The notes below the pieces were generated by a model, which was not told where the DNA came from, made no database searches, and saw only the letters and a list, made by a program, of their open reading frames with translations. Of a stretch of DNA of 64,000 nucleotides, positions 22,021-33,151 are shown piece after piece. Within the stretch, counting starts at the first letter, position 1; each line of letters starts with the position of its first letter. Source of the stretch: Antechinus flavipes (Eukaryota); NCBI RefSeq assembly GCF_016432865.1, contig NC_067398.1, positions 698,306,001 to 698,370,000 of the forward strand, in the 5' to 3' direction. The position numbers and the translations under genes are program-made.

Positions 22021-24089
22021 CTAAAGGGAACCAGGAAGTTTGGTATCATTGGGTAAATCCTCATGTGGATAACAGGAGGGGTCAGGCTGCCTTCCTCCTG
22101 GAATGGAGCACAGCGAGCCCCTCAACTTGGGCAAGTCCAAGTGTCCAAGAGCGTAAAGCAATAATGAGCTAAGTTTTACTGCCCTGTGGGAACTTGGGGG
22201 CAAGGGTTAAATAATGTCCCATCTTCTGGCATGAATGCATTTCACACATCTCAGGAAGTGCTCCCCCCAAAGCTAATGGGATTTTAATGAGAACAGAGCC
22301 TAAAGGAACAGTCCTGCCCTTCTCTCCCTGAAAAGACTACACGACTGTCCTGTCCCGCATCAGAAGGTTCACAAACTAGAATGCCCCAGGGTGAACAGAC
22401 AGAGGGAGGTGTGAAGGCTGTGGGATAGGGAAGGTGGAGGGAGATGTCTCACAAGCTATAGTTCTGCTCCAAGTCCAACCTTGCTCTCTCCTTCTACGAT
22501 TTAAACTTTTTCTTTTCACTATTGACAATGCAGGACTGACTCTGCTGCCTTCTGTCCTGGCCAACCAATGGCAACTTCTGAGTATTTGTAGGCCTCATGT
22601 TCCGCAAGAGTACCAGAGAGCTCCCAGGAGCTCCTGGGGGCTTTCCAAGCCCAGGCTCCTCATTCATGGAATGGAGCCGGGAGGCCCACATCTACATCAG
22701 AAGCAGGACAAGTGAGAACACAGGTGTTGGCCACCTTTCTGGCTGGGCTTGAGCACAGGGATTAAGGAGGGATGGATAAAACTTTACCCTCGAGTTTATA
22801 ACAAAAACAAACAACTACACGAACAAGTGGTTTAGATGAACAAGATCTGGGACAATAACACTCAACAGGGCCACATGGAAACCTCACACGAGCTAATTCA
22901 ATCTTGGGCTGTATTCAGAGAGCCCAGAAAGTGAATGTCCCACTCTGCCCATCTGGAGACCTTGTGCTCAGGTCTGAGCTTCTCCTTCCAGGAAATACAC
23001 TGACTGTCTGGAGAGCCCCAGGCAACAAGCAAGAAAACCTAAAGATCTGGTCCTCCTGACTCCAGGGCTGGCCTTCTATCCATGACAACATCTAGCCACC
23101 CAAAGATCTGTGAATGTTATAAAGACCTCAGAGTCTTCTGAACACTTTGAGAAGAGGAAAGGCCAGACCTGAGTGAAGGTTTAAAAAACATTACAAAAAG
23201 CCTATACTGATTATATTCTAAGAGACAGAAAATGACTAGTCAGAGATGTAGGAATCATTTGCTAATCAGTGCCATGTGTCATACCATTAGCTTATTAGAA
23301 CGAAGATCAGAATCAACATCAATGTAGGAAAAAAACAAGAATAAAAATGGAAATACACGATGTGTATGAAGAGAACTCTAATCTGACCCTTTTCTGGAAG
23401 CTGATGACACTGAAAAATAGAAAAAAACTAAAAGAAAGAACCTAACAATTTCCCAAAGATGTTTATAACTGACATAAATCAATCACAATGAAGAGACTAA
23501 ATGAACCTAAAAACTGCCTGGGCAGTCAGGAGCTTGATCCTTCTTGCCAAATGGAGAAATCTGGCAGCCAAGGGTGATACTGATTTAAGATGTAAACTCA
23601 CTAATGTTATGAAGACAGAAGAAATGAAAAAGACTGAGAAATTTCCCTTTATAAAACAAAGAGTGGTGACAGGAATAATATTGCAGAAAATCTGATGAGA
23701 CCTGAAGGCAATTGAAGATAAAACTAAAAGGACAACAAACAGATACCCAAAATACTTTTGCTCATCAATGACAATAGAACCACGACATTGAAAGCAGTAT
23801 TCTAGTCCCTGATGTGCGTGCTGTGTGAAGAAGATGAAACTAAACCCAACAAAAACAGGAAAAGCAGCTATAATAGACACCAAGAGAATACAGAATTCAG
23901 GGCTGGAGGTAATATAATTTGTATAGTCTTGAGGAATCACTGTTTAAGATATTTGAACAAGGAGAGGATATCAGAAACTTGGAAAAAAAAAACAGATCCT
24001 ATTATTACCCCCCAAAAAGTGAATGAAAATTATCAAAAACTACTAACCTATATGCCAATTCTTTTATATCTATAAAGTATTTATGATAA

Positions 24090-24608
24090 TATTAAAGTAT
24101 GCTAGTATTAAAGATTCAATCAAAAGAGAAATCTACATTACTTGTCAGCTACATTCATAGTTTTAGATGCATATCTATATATGTGTCTATATGTATATGT
24201 GTGTGTATATGTGTGTATTTGGATATATGTATGTGTGTGGGCATGTGTGAAGATATGTTTATTTACATATACATAAATATATCCATTCTTAACTATAGCC
24301 TGCTTCGGGAAGGTGGGAGGAATGAATGGGGGGAAAAAAAGAATAAAGTAAAAAGCACTCAGTAGAGAAAAAAGAAAACCTACAAGGAAACAAAGAAAAG
24401 ATGGACAGTCATGATTAAAATGCCTTCTACATATGCTTTCTTGAAATGGAAATTTATAGTTACATATTTTGATTCCTCCCTGATAAACTGCTGGGTGAAT
24501 AACAATTTTTTTTCCTTTTTCTGACTTCTTCTGTTTGTTTTTTCTCATTTTGTACTTGTTTTGATAAATACATTTTTAAAAATTAAAAATAAAAAATAAA
24601 ACAAAAAA
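24090..24608 (+). mobile_element. Old marsupial L1 3' UTR-like fragment with A-rich tail
   Basis: AT-rich, purine-rich L1-3'UTR-like tract ending in an A-run. Confidence 0.4.
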
Positions 24609-24614
24609 TCTACA

Positions 24615-24925
24615 CTAGTAGTTCTCAAAGTATAGTCTCAAAGTGGGAGATTACCAGCACCGTGCCAGTCTGGAGATGCTCCCCACTCCCCTGAGATTGG
24701 AGTCAAAGAGCTCCCCAGACTCTTTCAGAGGAACCACTAGGTCAAAACTATTTTCCTAATAATATTAGAAATTAAAGTATTTTCTGATTTCTAATTTGGT
24801 CCTTTCTAATATGGTAAGTATTTGGAGATATAACCCACATACATGCAAGTTCTTTGGGATCCTCAATAATTTTTAAAAGAACAAAGAAGTCTAGAGACCA
24901 AAAAGCTTGAAAACTATTGGTCTCT
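24615..24925. mobile_element. hAT/Charlie-like non-autonomous DNA transposon relic
   Basis: Terminal tagtagttctcaaa ... ttgaaaactattg resemble CAGTGGTTCTCAAA-type TIRs; internal ggtcaaaactatttt motif. Confidence 0.45.
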
Positions 24926-26128
24926 ATACATTGTGAGGGATCTTTGATGAAAGTATGAAAGGATAACAGGAAATATTCTGCAAATGGTATCCTATAACAG
25001 ACCACATTTTGATCATCACATGACAATGAAAGGTACAAATACAAGACCACACTGTACTATTTACTGATTATTTTTTAAAAGACACTGGATTCTATGGAAT
25101 CTCGCCTTTAAGCCTCTTCTCCAAAAACCTGCCTTCTATGCATGTGTCAAAGCTCATAGGAGATACTCCAAAAGACAGATGCTACTTTGTTCACTGACAC
25201 TCCAAATATTAAGTAAGGTCTATGGAGTTAGCCATATCAAGGAGGCTGTCCAGTGTAAAGTTAGCTAATCAGTCAATTAATTGATTAAATGATAAAATAA
25301 GTGCCTACTATATGAGAAGATACAGGCCTTGCCCTCAGAGAGCTTAGTCTGATGGAAGAGACAATTTCCAAACAATTGGCGAACGATTTTCTATTTGATC
25401 CTACAGATGACAGGGAGTGACTGAAGTATACGATTTAAGGGGGTGACATGGTCATACCTGAACTTTAGGAAAATCACTTTGACAGCTGAGTGGAGGATGG
25501 ACTGAACGGGGAGAGGCCCGGGGCAGAGTGACCCACCAGCAGCTAGTGCAGTAATGCAGGTGTGCAGTGATAAGCCTCAGGGGAAAGAAGAAGGCAAAGG
25601 AGGACACTGTGGAAGGTTCAATGACCAGACAGAGACGGGGCCAAGTGGCCTCTGAAGTCCTTTCCAGCTCTGACCTTCTGGAGAGTGGTGCCGACAACCA
25701 GCCTTTGCCCATCCCACCCTGCTCTGTTCCTTCCTTCCCAGGGCAGGAGAGATGATGGAGGACAACGAGATGGAACCCAGGAGAACAGTCAACCTAGCCT
25801 TCGTAAGCAGCGATGAGGACCCAAAGGGATTATTCCCATGCCCCTCACCTCCACATCATCTCCCAGGCCATGACAGTGACAAAGGAAGTGAGAACCTAAA
25901 CGGCTTCACTATCGACAGACTATCAGCCAGGCCGAGGTCCCACGTCCCCTCAGGTCAGCCAGGGCTGGCCAGCTCTGTTGCTTTTCCCATTCTCTCCTGC
26001 TCCCTCCCAGGTGGGGAGTCTCTTCCATTACCAAGGCCTCACCTCAAGAAGAAGGAAAAACCATCTTGGGACCCTTGAAATCACTCTATGGAAAAGGCAG
26101 GAGAGAGCTGAGTGGCAGAGACCCCTAC

Positions 26129-26200
26129 CTGTTTTTCTCCCATCTCAGTATCATATTTCTGGATCCAGTTCTCTATTTCTGTCTCCAGTTTATATTTCTT
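26129..26200 (-). CDS. IQCD: IQCD coding exon ([24 protein letters not shown])
   Basis: 72 nt, tttcag acceptor, CAG|gtaggg donor. Confidence 0.95.
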
Positions 26201-26896
26201 CTGAAAAATAGAAAGAGGAAAAAAAAAGTCAGAAAAAATGATTTAATCTTGGCAATAGAGATATTGATAGAATTGGAGATCGGGCTCTTTGTTCCCTGGA
26301 GCAGGAGCTCGGGTGCATTTGCTGGGCACTTGTAGTGAGACCAAGTCTGGCTGCCACTCTGCATTTGCCATCTTAGATGGGCTTCTGTCTCCCACAGCCT
26401 CACTTTTCCTTATCTAGGAAATCATCGCCCCCATTCTTCGCAGGTGTGCTGCAAACATAAACCGTCATCTTTCGTGAGTCTTCCAGGTCCTAGCCAATCT
26501 CTGTGTAAGAAGAGGGCATCACAAAAGGGGCCTGGACAGAAATTTCCTCGCTTCTGAATTCTAAAAAGTCTGCTCTGATGCCTCAGGTGATGGCATGTGG
26601 CTGCAGGGGGGGTGTCAGCCTGGGCATCCACAGGAGGGAGGGAAGGCCCTCAGGTATAATAGAGCCTAGGGGCAGAACAGGCCTGCGGGCTGCTTCAGTG
26701 GCCCCAGGGCAGGGAGAGGTCCGAGATCTGAGCTGCTGGCACTGTTGTGGTCCTCCCTCCCTAAGCCTTCCAAGGATCAGAGGCCTGCATTTATTCTCAC
26801 CAGAGCTAAGTTCTTCCAGGACAAGATGAGCTAGCCCCAGCCTGTGGAAACTTGTAAGTAAGAAACTTGAAGTTCTTCCCCCTAGATTGCCAATCT

Positions 26897-28010
26897 AGAG
26901 GTGCTCCCCACTCCCCTGAGATTGCCAGCACCGTGCCAGTCTGGATGTACTCCCCACTCCCTTGAGATTGCCAGTACCGTGCCAGTCTGGAGGTGCCCTC
27001 CTCTTCCCTGAGATTGCCAGCACCGTGCCAGTCTGGAGGTGCTTCTCACTCCCCTGAGGTTGCCAGCCCCGTCAATCTTTATGTGCTCCCCACTCCCTTG
27101 AGATTGCCAGCACCGTGCCAGTCTGGAGGTGCTTCTCACTCCCCTGAGGTTGCCAGCACTGTGCCAGTCTTGATGTGCTCCCCACTTCCCTGAGATTGCC
27201 AGCACCATGCCAGTCTGGAGGTGCTCCCCACTCCCCTGAGATTGCCAGCACCATGCCAGTCTAGAGGTGCTCCCCACTCCCTTGAGATTGCCAGCACCAT
27301 GCCAGTCTGGAAGTGCCCTCCACTTCCCTGAGATTGCCAGCACCGTGCCAGTCTGGAGGTGCTCCCCACTCCCCTGAGGTTGCCAGCACCGTGCCAGTCT
27401 GGAGGTGCTCCCCACTCCCCTGAGATTGCCAGCACCGTGCCAGTCTGGAGGTGCTCCCCACTCCCCTGAGGTTGCCAGCACCGTGCCAGTCTGGAGGTGC
27501 TCCCCACTCCCCTGAGGTTGCCAGCACCATGCCAGTCTTGATGTGCTCTCCACTTCCCTGAGATTGCCAGCACCATGCCAGTCTGGAGGTGCTCCCCACT
27601 CCCTTGAGATTGCCAGCGCCGTGCCAGTCTGGAGGTGCCCCCCGCTCCCCTGAGACTGCCAGTGCCGTGCCAGTCTGGAGGTGCTCCCCACTCCCCTGAG
27701 ATTGCCAGCACTGTGCCAGTCTGGAGATGCTCCCCACTCCCCTGAGGTTGCCAGCACCGTGCCAGTCTTGATGTGCTCCCCACTTCCCTGAGATTGCCAG
27801 CACCATGCCAGTCTGGAGGTGCTCCCCACTCCCCTGAGATTGCCAGCACCATGCCAGTCTGGAGGTGCCCCCCGCTCCCCTGAGACTGCCAGCACCATGC
27901 CAGTCTGGAGGTGCTCCCCACTCCCCTGAGATTGCCAGCACCATGCCAGTCTGATGTGCTCCCCACTCCCCTGAGACTGCCAGCCCCATGCCAGTCTGGA
28001 GGTGTCCCCC
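26897..28010. repeat. 46-bp minisatellite, about 24 copies, in an IQCD intron
   Basis: Unit gtgctccccactcccctgagattgccagcaccgtgccagtctggag; no spacers between units. Confidence 0.97.
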
Positions 28011-28022
28011 TCCTGCCCCTAC

Positions 28023-28256
28023 CTTTCTGAGTGCCTGTTCGCTGTCCCGGTTCTCCTCAACAATGTTATGGTACTGGGTCTTGAGCATGAGGATGTCCTG
28101 CTGGATCTTGGCGACACGGACCTTGGAGGCCCGCAGCTCAAGCTTCTGCTGCTTCTCAGCCTCCTGCTTGGTGCGCAGCAAGTGGTTCTCTGAGAACTTG
28201 AGCACCTGGTGCAGGTGACTTTTCAGTTCTTTGATCACAAAGCTCTCTTTCTCCAT
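28023..28256 (-). CDS. IQCD: IQCD coding exon ([24 protein letters not shown]...SEQALRK)
   Basis: 234 nt, ggtccag acceptor, AAG|gtaggg donor; coiled-coil. Confidence 0.95.
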
Positions 28257-28744
28257 CTGGACCAGGGAAAAGGAGGGAAGGCGACATCAGCCGAGGCGGG
28301 TGGCCCTGGGAGGAAGCCTGGGCCCGTGGATGCTCTGGAATCAGCCCCTCCATGAGGGAGGCTGGAAAGACTCCCCATTGAAAGGCACCACATGCTGTTT
28401 GGGTGGCAGAAGCACTTGGTTAAGGGAAGTGAAGCATAAAGGAATTAAATGAATCAAGAACTACCCTCTCGTCTTTTTAGTGCTCTGCCTTCTTGCCCTC
28501 GCCATTGATCCACAGTAAACCAGAAACTACAGTTAAATACATATGCTGGGGGCAGGCTGGGAGAAGCGGGGAGGCAGCCTGGGAAGCAGGAAGGGTCAAG
28601 TCAGGGAGCAGGCCGGGGGGAAAGGTCAGGGAACTGGGTCAGACCAAGGAGCAGGTTGGGGGACAGGCCAGGGAACAGTTCAGGGAGCAGCCCGGGGAGC
28701 AGGCCAGGGAGGGGAGGCCAGGCCCTCAGGCTACCGGCTCCTAC

Positions 28745-29470
28745 CTCGGCATTCCTGGTTTTGATGGTGGCGGACAGCTCTGACTGGAGGTTCTCGATGG
28801 TCTCTTTGTTCTTCTTCGCTCGGAGAGTCATTTCGTCCATAAACTCGGTCTTTTCCTTCTCCTCCATGGGGCTGGTGAGGAGCTTCTCGAACACAAAGCT
28901 CCGGAACTCGATCAGGCCCTGGAGGAAGATGTTGGACTCTTCGCAGCGCCCTTGGACCTGGGTGCGCAGGATCTCCCCGGCCTGGAGGTTGAGCAGGAAG
29001 ATCCTCAGCGTGTTGCGGGCCGAGGCCTTCACGTCCTCCTTGAGGAGCTCCAGGCTCTGCTTGTGCTCCTCCAGGAGAAACTTCAGGTCCTCGTCCCTTG
29101 TCTCGGCCCACTCCTCCTCCTCCTCCTTCACCAGGTTGTCCAGCTCCAGGAGGGTGTTGCAGAAATCCTGGTGGTCGCGTATGGCCTGCACGGTGTCTTC
29201 GTCCAGCAGCCCTTCCAAGCACTGCGGGTTGTAGGCGGCGGCCGAGAACAGAGTCACCAGCTCCACCTTGCGGATGGTGTCGTCCAGGACCGAGATGATC
29301 CTCTTGGTCTCGATGGTGGTGAGCTTGGTGCGGGAAGGGTCCGTCTGGCTGGTGGCCGTGCAGGCCAAGGCGGCCTTCCTGGGAGCCGGGGCCATGGCCA
29401 GCCTCAGCCTGTTACTGTTGCTTACCTCGGTGCCCTGGAAGAGGGGCGCCACAATCACTTCCGTACTCAT
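28745..29470 (-). CDS. IQCD: IQCD first coding exon (MSTEVIVAPLFQ...SRTKLTTIETKRIISVLDD...KTRNAE); total protein 442 aa
   Basis: 242 codons from the first ATG, GAG|gtagga donor; SRTKLTTIE and FEKLLTSPME match IQCD as recalled. Confidence 0.93.
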
Positions 29471-29661
29471 GCTGGATATAGGAATGTCTTCCTTCCACAG
29501 ATCCTTCAGAGGCACTTAGGTCTCATCCTTCTCCTGAACCCGTTGCAGAATCTCCACTCAAACTCTGTGAACTCTGGAAACGGGGAGAGGCAACGGTAAA
29601 CAGAGATGGCCAGTATGGCTACAACTGTAAGCTCCCACCCGAGGCTCAGGCTCTTCAACCC

Positions 29662-29959
29662 ATGCAAACCTGACTCGAGAGCCCTCCGGGAAGAGCGTCC
29701 GGAGCCTCCCAAGGGCCGGGGTGCAAACCTGACTCGAGAGCCCCCCGGGGAGAGCGTCCGGAGCCTCCCGAGGGCCGGGGTGCAAACCTGACTCGAGAGC
29801 CCCCCGGGGAGAGCGTCCGGAGCCTCCCGAGGGCCGGGGTGCAAACCTGACTTGAGAGCCCCCCGGGGAGAGCGTCCGGAGCCTCCCGAGGGCCGGGGTG
29901 CAAACCTGACTCGAGAGCCCCCCGGGGAGAGCGTCCGGAGCCTCCCGAGGGCCGGGGTG
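29662..29959. repeat. 59-bp CpG-rich minisatellite, 5 copies
   Basis: gcaaacctgactcgagag... at 29664, 29723, 29782, 29841, 29900. Confidence 0.95.
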
Positions 29960-30159
29960 CTGCTGCTGCTGCTCAGTGTGGCACTATGATTTAAGAGCTT
30001 GTCCACTGATTTAATCAAAGAAACCAAAATTTGATGAATTTTTGAAGTCATTTTTAATAGTTTTTAAAAGATTATAGTGGCCATCAGAAATCAACCGCTT
30101 ATTCATTAAAATTAATTAAAAGGCATCTGAATTTTTACCTATACATAGATATATGAGCA

Positions 30160-30385
30160 GCTCTATCATGAAGTAGATAAGAGTGCCAGGCTTAGAATCA
30201 AGGAGACTCATCTTTTTGAATTCAAATCTAGCCTCGGATACTTAATGGTTGTGTGACCCTGAGCAAGTCACTTAATCCTGTTTGTCTCAGTTTCCTCATC
30301 TGTGAAAGAGCTGGAGAAGGAAATGACAAGCTGCTCCAGTACCTTTGCCAAGAAAACCCGGTGAAGAGTTGGGCATGATTAAAAA
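30160..30385 (+). mobile_element. Mar1-type CORE SINE; similar MIR/Mar1 copies near 2.1, 3.6, 14.2-14.5, 17.2, 18.2, 35.1 and 36.3 kb
   Basis: CORE gtgtgaccctgagcaagtcacttaa...ctcagtttcctcatctg plus gctggagaaggaaatgacaagctgctccagtacc. Confidence 0.7.
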
Positions 30386-30771
30386 CATCTGAATATCAAA
30401 TAGGGATATGTGTGTGTGAGTGTGTGCACATATATATATCCATGCACACGCATGTACAAGACTCATATTTTTAGGCATTCAAATTTTTACCTGGACATAC
30501 CTTGATATACATCTATTTGTGTGTTTCACTTTAAAGATACTTGCATGTACAAATCATGAATTAGAAAAAAGTGAGGTTGCACTGCCTTATGTTTCAAAAG
30601 GCTTCCTTGCTATTAGAAAAGGAATCAAGGCAGAATATCTACAAATAGTTTTCTTGAAATGATAGGATATACCAAAATTGTAATTTATATACAATTTTTG
30701 GAGAACTCAAAGGATACTGTGAAGTTAACTCTTTTTCTAATGCTTCTCCCAGCTCTGACATATCCTGTTCT

Positions 30772-31085
30772 AAGGCCTTAGAATGTCACAACATGGAGGA
30801 ACGTTAGAACAGGGAATGTCAAGGCTGAGAGGGGCCTTAGAATAAGGGATGTCAAGGCTGAGAGGGGCCATAGAACAGGGGATGTCAGGGCTGAGAGGGG
30901 CCTTAGAACAGAGGATGTCAGGGCTGAGAGGGGCCTTAGAACAGAGGATGTCAGGGCTGGGAGAGGCCTTAGAACAGGGGATGTCAGGGCTGAGAGAGGC
31001 CTTAGAACAGGGGATGTCACGGCTGGGAGAGGCCTTAGAACAGAGGATGTCAGAGCTGGGAGGAAACTCGAAACAGAGAATGTCT
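30772..31085. repeat. 33-bp tandem repeat, about 9 copies (ggccttagaacaggggatgtcagggctgagag-like)
   Basis: 11-aa periodicity in the spurious ORFs over it; resembles amplified MIR/L2-type tail sequence. Confidence 0.85.
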
Positions 31086-31919
31086 GAGCTGAAAGAATAT
31101 TTAAAAAACTGTCTGGTTCAACTCTGTTTAATAGATGAGGAAAATGAGGTCCACATATAGCAAGATTTCATGGCCAGTTGGTGGCTTCTGGCATTCAATG
31201 TCATACAAGGTCGTTCCCTGAGTTTCCTACTAACTCCAGCCCTCTCACCCCAATGACACCCAAGTCAGCATCCTAGGTTATATTTCTATTTCAGGTCATA
31301 AATGCACAAGCAAATGTGTAGACTTGCTTTTTTTGAGGGGTCTGTTTCAGCCTGATGTGTAATTTGTTTTTTGAACTAGGAGTAGAATATACACAGGGTG
31401 TCTGGAGAGCAATGTGGAAGGCCCTATGGCTAAAGGAAAGGATTAGCCTAGGGACAAATTCGGTCCTATATAATGGAATCCTTGTCATCTTGGTCCAACC
31501 AGAATTGTGATTTCTTCTTTGCCGGGCTGCACAGCCAGATTCCCCAGGACATTTTCTACCATACCATAGAATCTCTTCACCCAGGATGCTCACTCCCACC
31601 CAGGGCTACTTCTCCCCACTGTCCTCCCCCCATAGGCTCCACCTTCTGATTGGCTGGTCGGTCCCAGAACCTCCCATTTAAGGAGGAGGCCCAGGCCCAA
31701 GATGTGCTGACTGGACTCCATCCTGACCTTTTGTACCAGGTCCCCAGGCTGGGTACCCTCTATAACCCACTTTCCTTTTCTGGGTTGTCTTCCCCATTAG
31801 AATATAAGCTCCTTGAAGGCAGGGCATGTTTGTCCTTCTCCTTCCATTTGTATTTCCAGATTTAGCACAGAGCCTAACTTATAATAAGGCTTAATAAATA
31901 CCTGCTAATGGACTGATAT

Positions 31920-32071
31920 TCTTTCTTTCTTTCTTTTGCTGAGGCAATTGGGCTTAGGTGACTTAACAGGGTCACCCAGCCAGTAAATCTTAAGTGTCTG
32001 AGGTCACATTTGAACTTAGGTCCTCCTGACTTCAGGGCTGGTGCTCTATCCACTGCACCATCTAGCTGCCC
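31920..32071 (-). mobile_element. tRNA-derived marsupial SINE (WSINE1-like)
   Basis: Reverse strand reads gggcagctagatggtgcagtggatagagcaccagccctgaagtcaggaggacctaagttcaaat...cctcagc plus an A-rich tail. Confidence 0.8.
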
Positions 32072-32356
32072 GCACAATTGAGATTTTCTTTATAGACTAG
32101 CAAAAGCCTAAATTAACTGGCAATTATAATTCCACTTCTGACCAAGAAGGGAAGTTTTTAGTGGAAACAAGAGTGGAAAGAATACAGACTCTAGAGTTGG
32201 AGGGTTTGAGTTCAAATTATGCTTCTGATAGTCACTACCTGAGTGACCTTAGACAAGCCACTCCATCTGGCTAGGTCTCAGTTTCCTCAAGATAAGAGAG
32301 TTGGACTGGAGAACCTCTAAGATGTCTTTCAGCTCTAGGTCAAGAATATTGTTCTC

Positions 32357-33151
32357 CAAATCCAACTATTCTGGAGAGCACTCTGGAATTATGCCCAAAA
32401 AATTATCAAACTGTGCATACCCTTTGATCCAGCAGTGTTACTTCTGGGCTTATATCCCAAAGAAATACTAAAGAAGGGAAAGGGACCTGTATGTGCCAAA
32501 ATGTTTGTGGCAGGTCTCTTTGTAGTGGCTAGAAACTGGAAATTGAATGGATGCCCATCAATTGGAGAATGGCTGGGTAAATTGTGGTATATGAATGCTA
32601 TGGAATATTATTGTTCTGTAAGAAATGACCAGTGGGATGAATACAGAGAGGCCTGGAGAGACTTACATGAACTGATGCTAAGTGAAATGAGCAGAACTAG
32701 GAGATCATTATATACTTTAACAACGATACTGTATGAGGATGTATTCTGATGGAAGTGGATTTCTTTGACAAAGAGACCTAACTCAGTTTCAATTGATAAA
32801 TGATGGACAGAAGCAGCTACACCCAGAGAAAGAATACTGGGAAATGAATGTGAACCATTTGCATTTTTTTCTTCCCGGGTTATTTCTACCTTCTGAATTC
32901 AATTCTCCCTGTGCAACAAGAGAATTGTTCGGTTCTGCAAACATATATTGTATCTAGGATATACTGCAACATATTTAACATATATAGGACTGCTTGCCAT
33001 CTAGGGGCGGGGGTGGAGGGAGGGAGGGGAAAAATCGGAACAGAAGCGAGTGCAAGGGATAATGTTGTAAAAAAATTACCCTGGCGTGGGTTCTGTCAAT
33101 AAAAAGTTATTATTAAATAAAATAAAATAAAAAAACAAAACAAAACAAAAA
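32357..33151 (+). mobile_element. 5'-truncated L1 (ORF2 C-terminus, 3' UTR, A-rich tail) with 15-bp TSD
   Basis: YPKEILKKGKGPVCAKMFVAGLFVVARNWK...WYMNAMEYY; TSD aagaatattgttctc at 32342-32356 and 33152-33166. Confidence 0.93.

Noticed and set aside
26882-27966. 338-aa and 276-aa ORFs as independent genes
   Set aside because: They lie wholly within the minisatellite; the 46-aa periodicity comes from a stop-poor unit
26897-28010. Regular 46-bp array (also the 59-, 54- and 33-bp arrays) as a CRISPR array
   Set aside because: Units are contiguous with no unique spacers, there are no cas genes, and the DNA is mammalian intronic
28656-29599. Plus-strand 192-aa and 215-aa ORFs
   Set aside because: Antisense shadows of the GC3-rich IQCD exon
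30778-31160. Coiled-coil-looking ORF (MSGLRGALEQR)n
   Set aside because: Translation of a 33-bp tandem repeat resembling SINE/LINE tail sequence; no splice or promoter support
31920-32071. A/B-box-containing sequences as tRNA genes
   Set aside because: They are tRNA-derived SINE heads fused to CORE or SINE bodies and do not form a full cloverleaf
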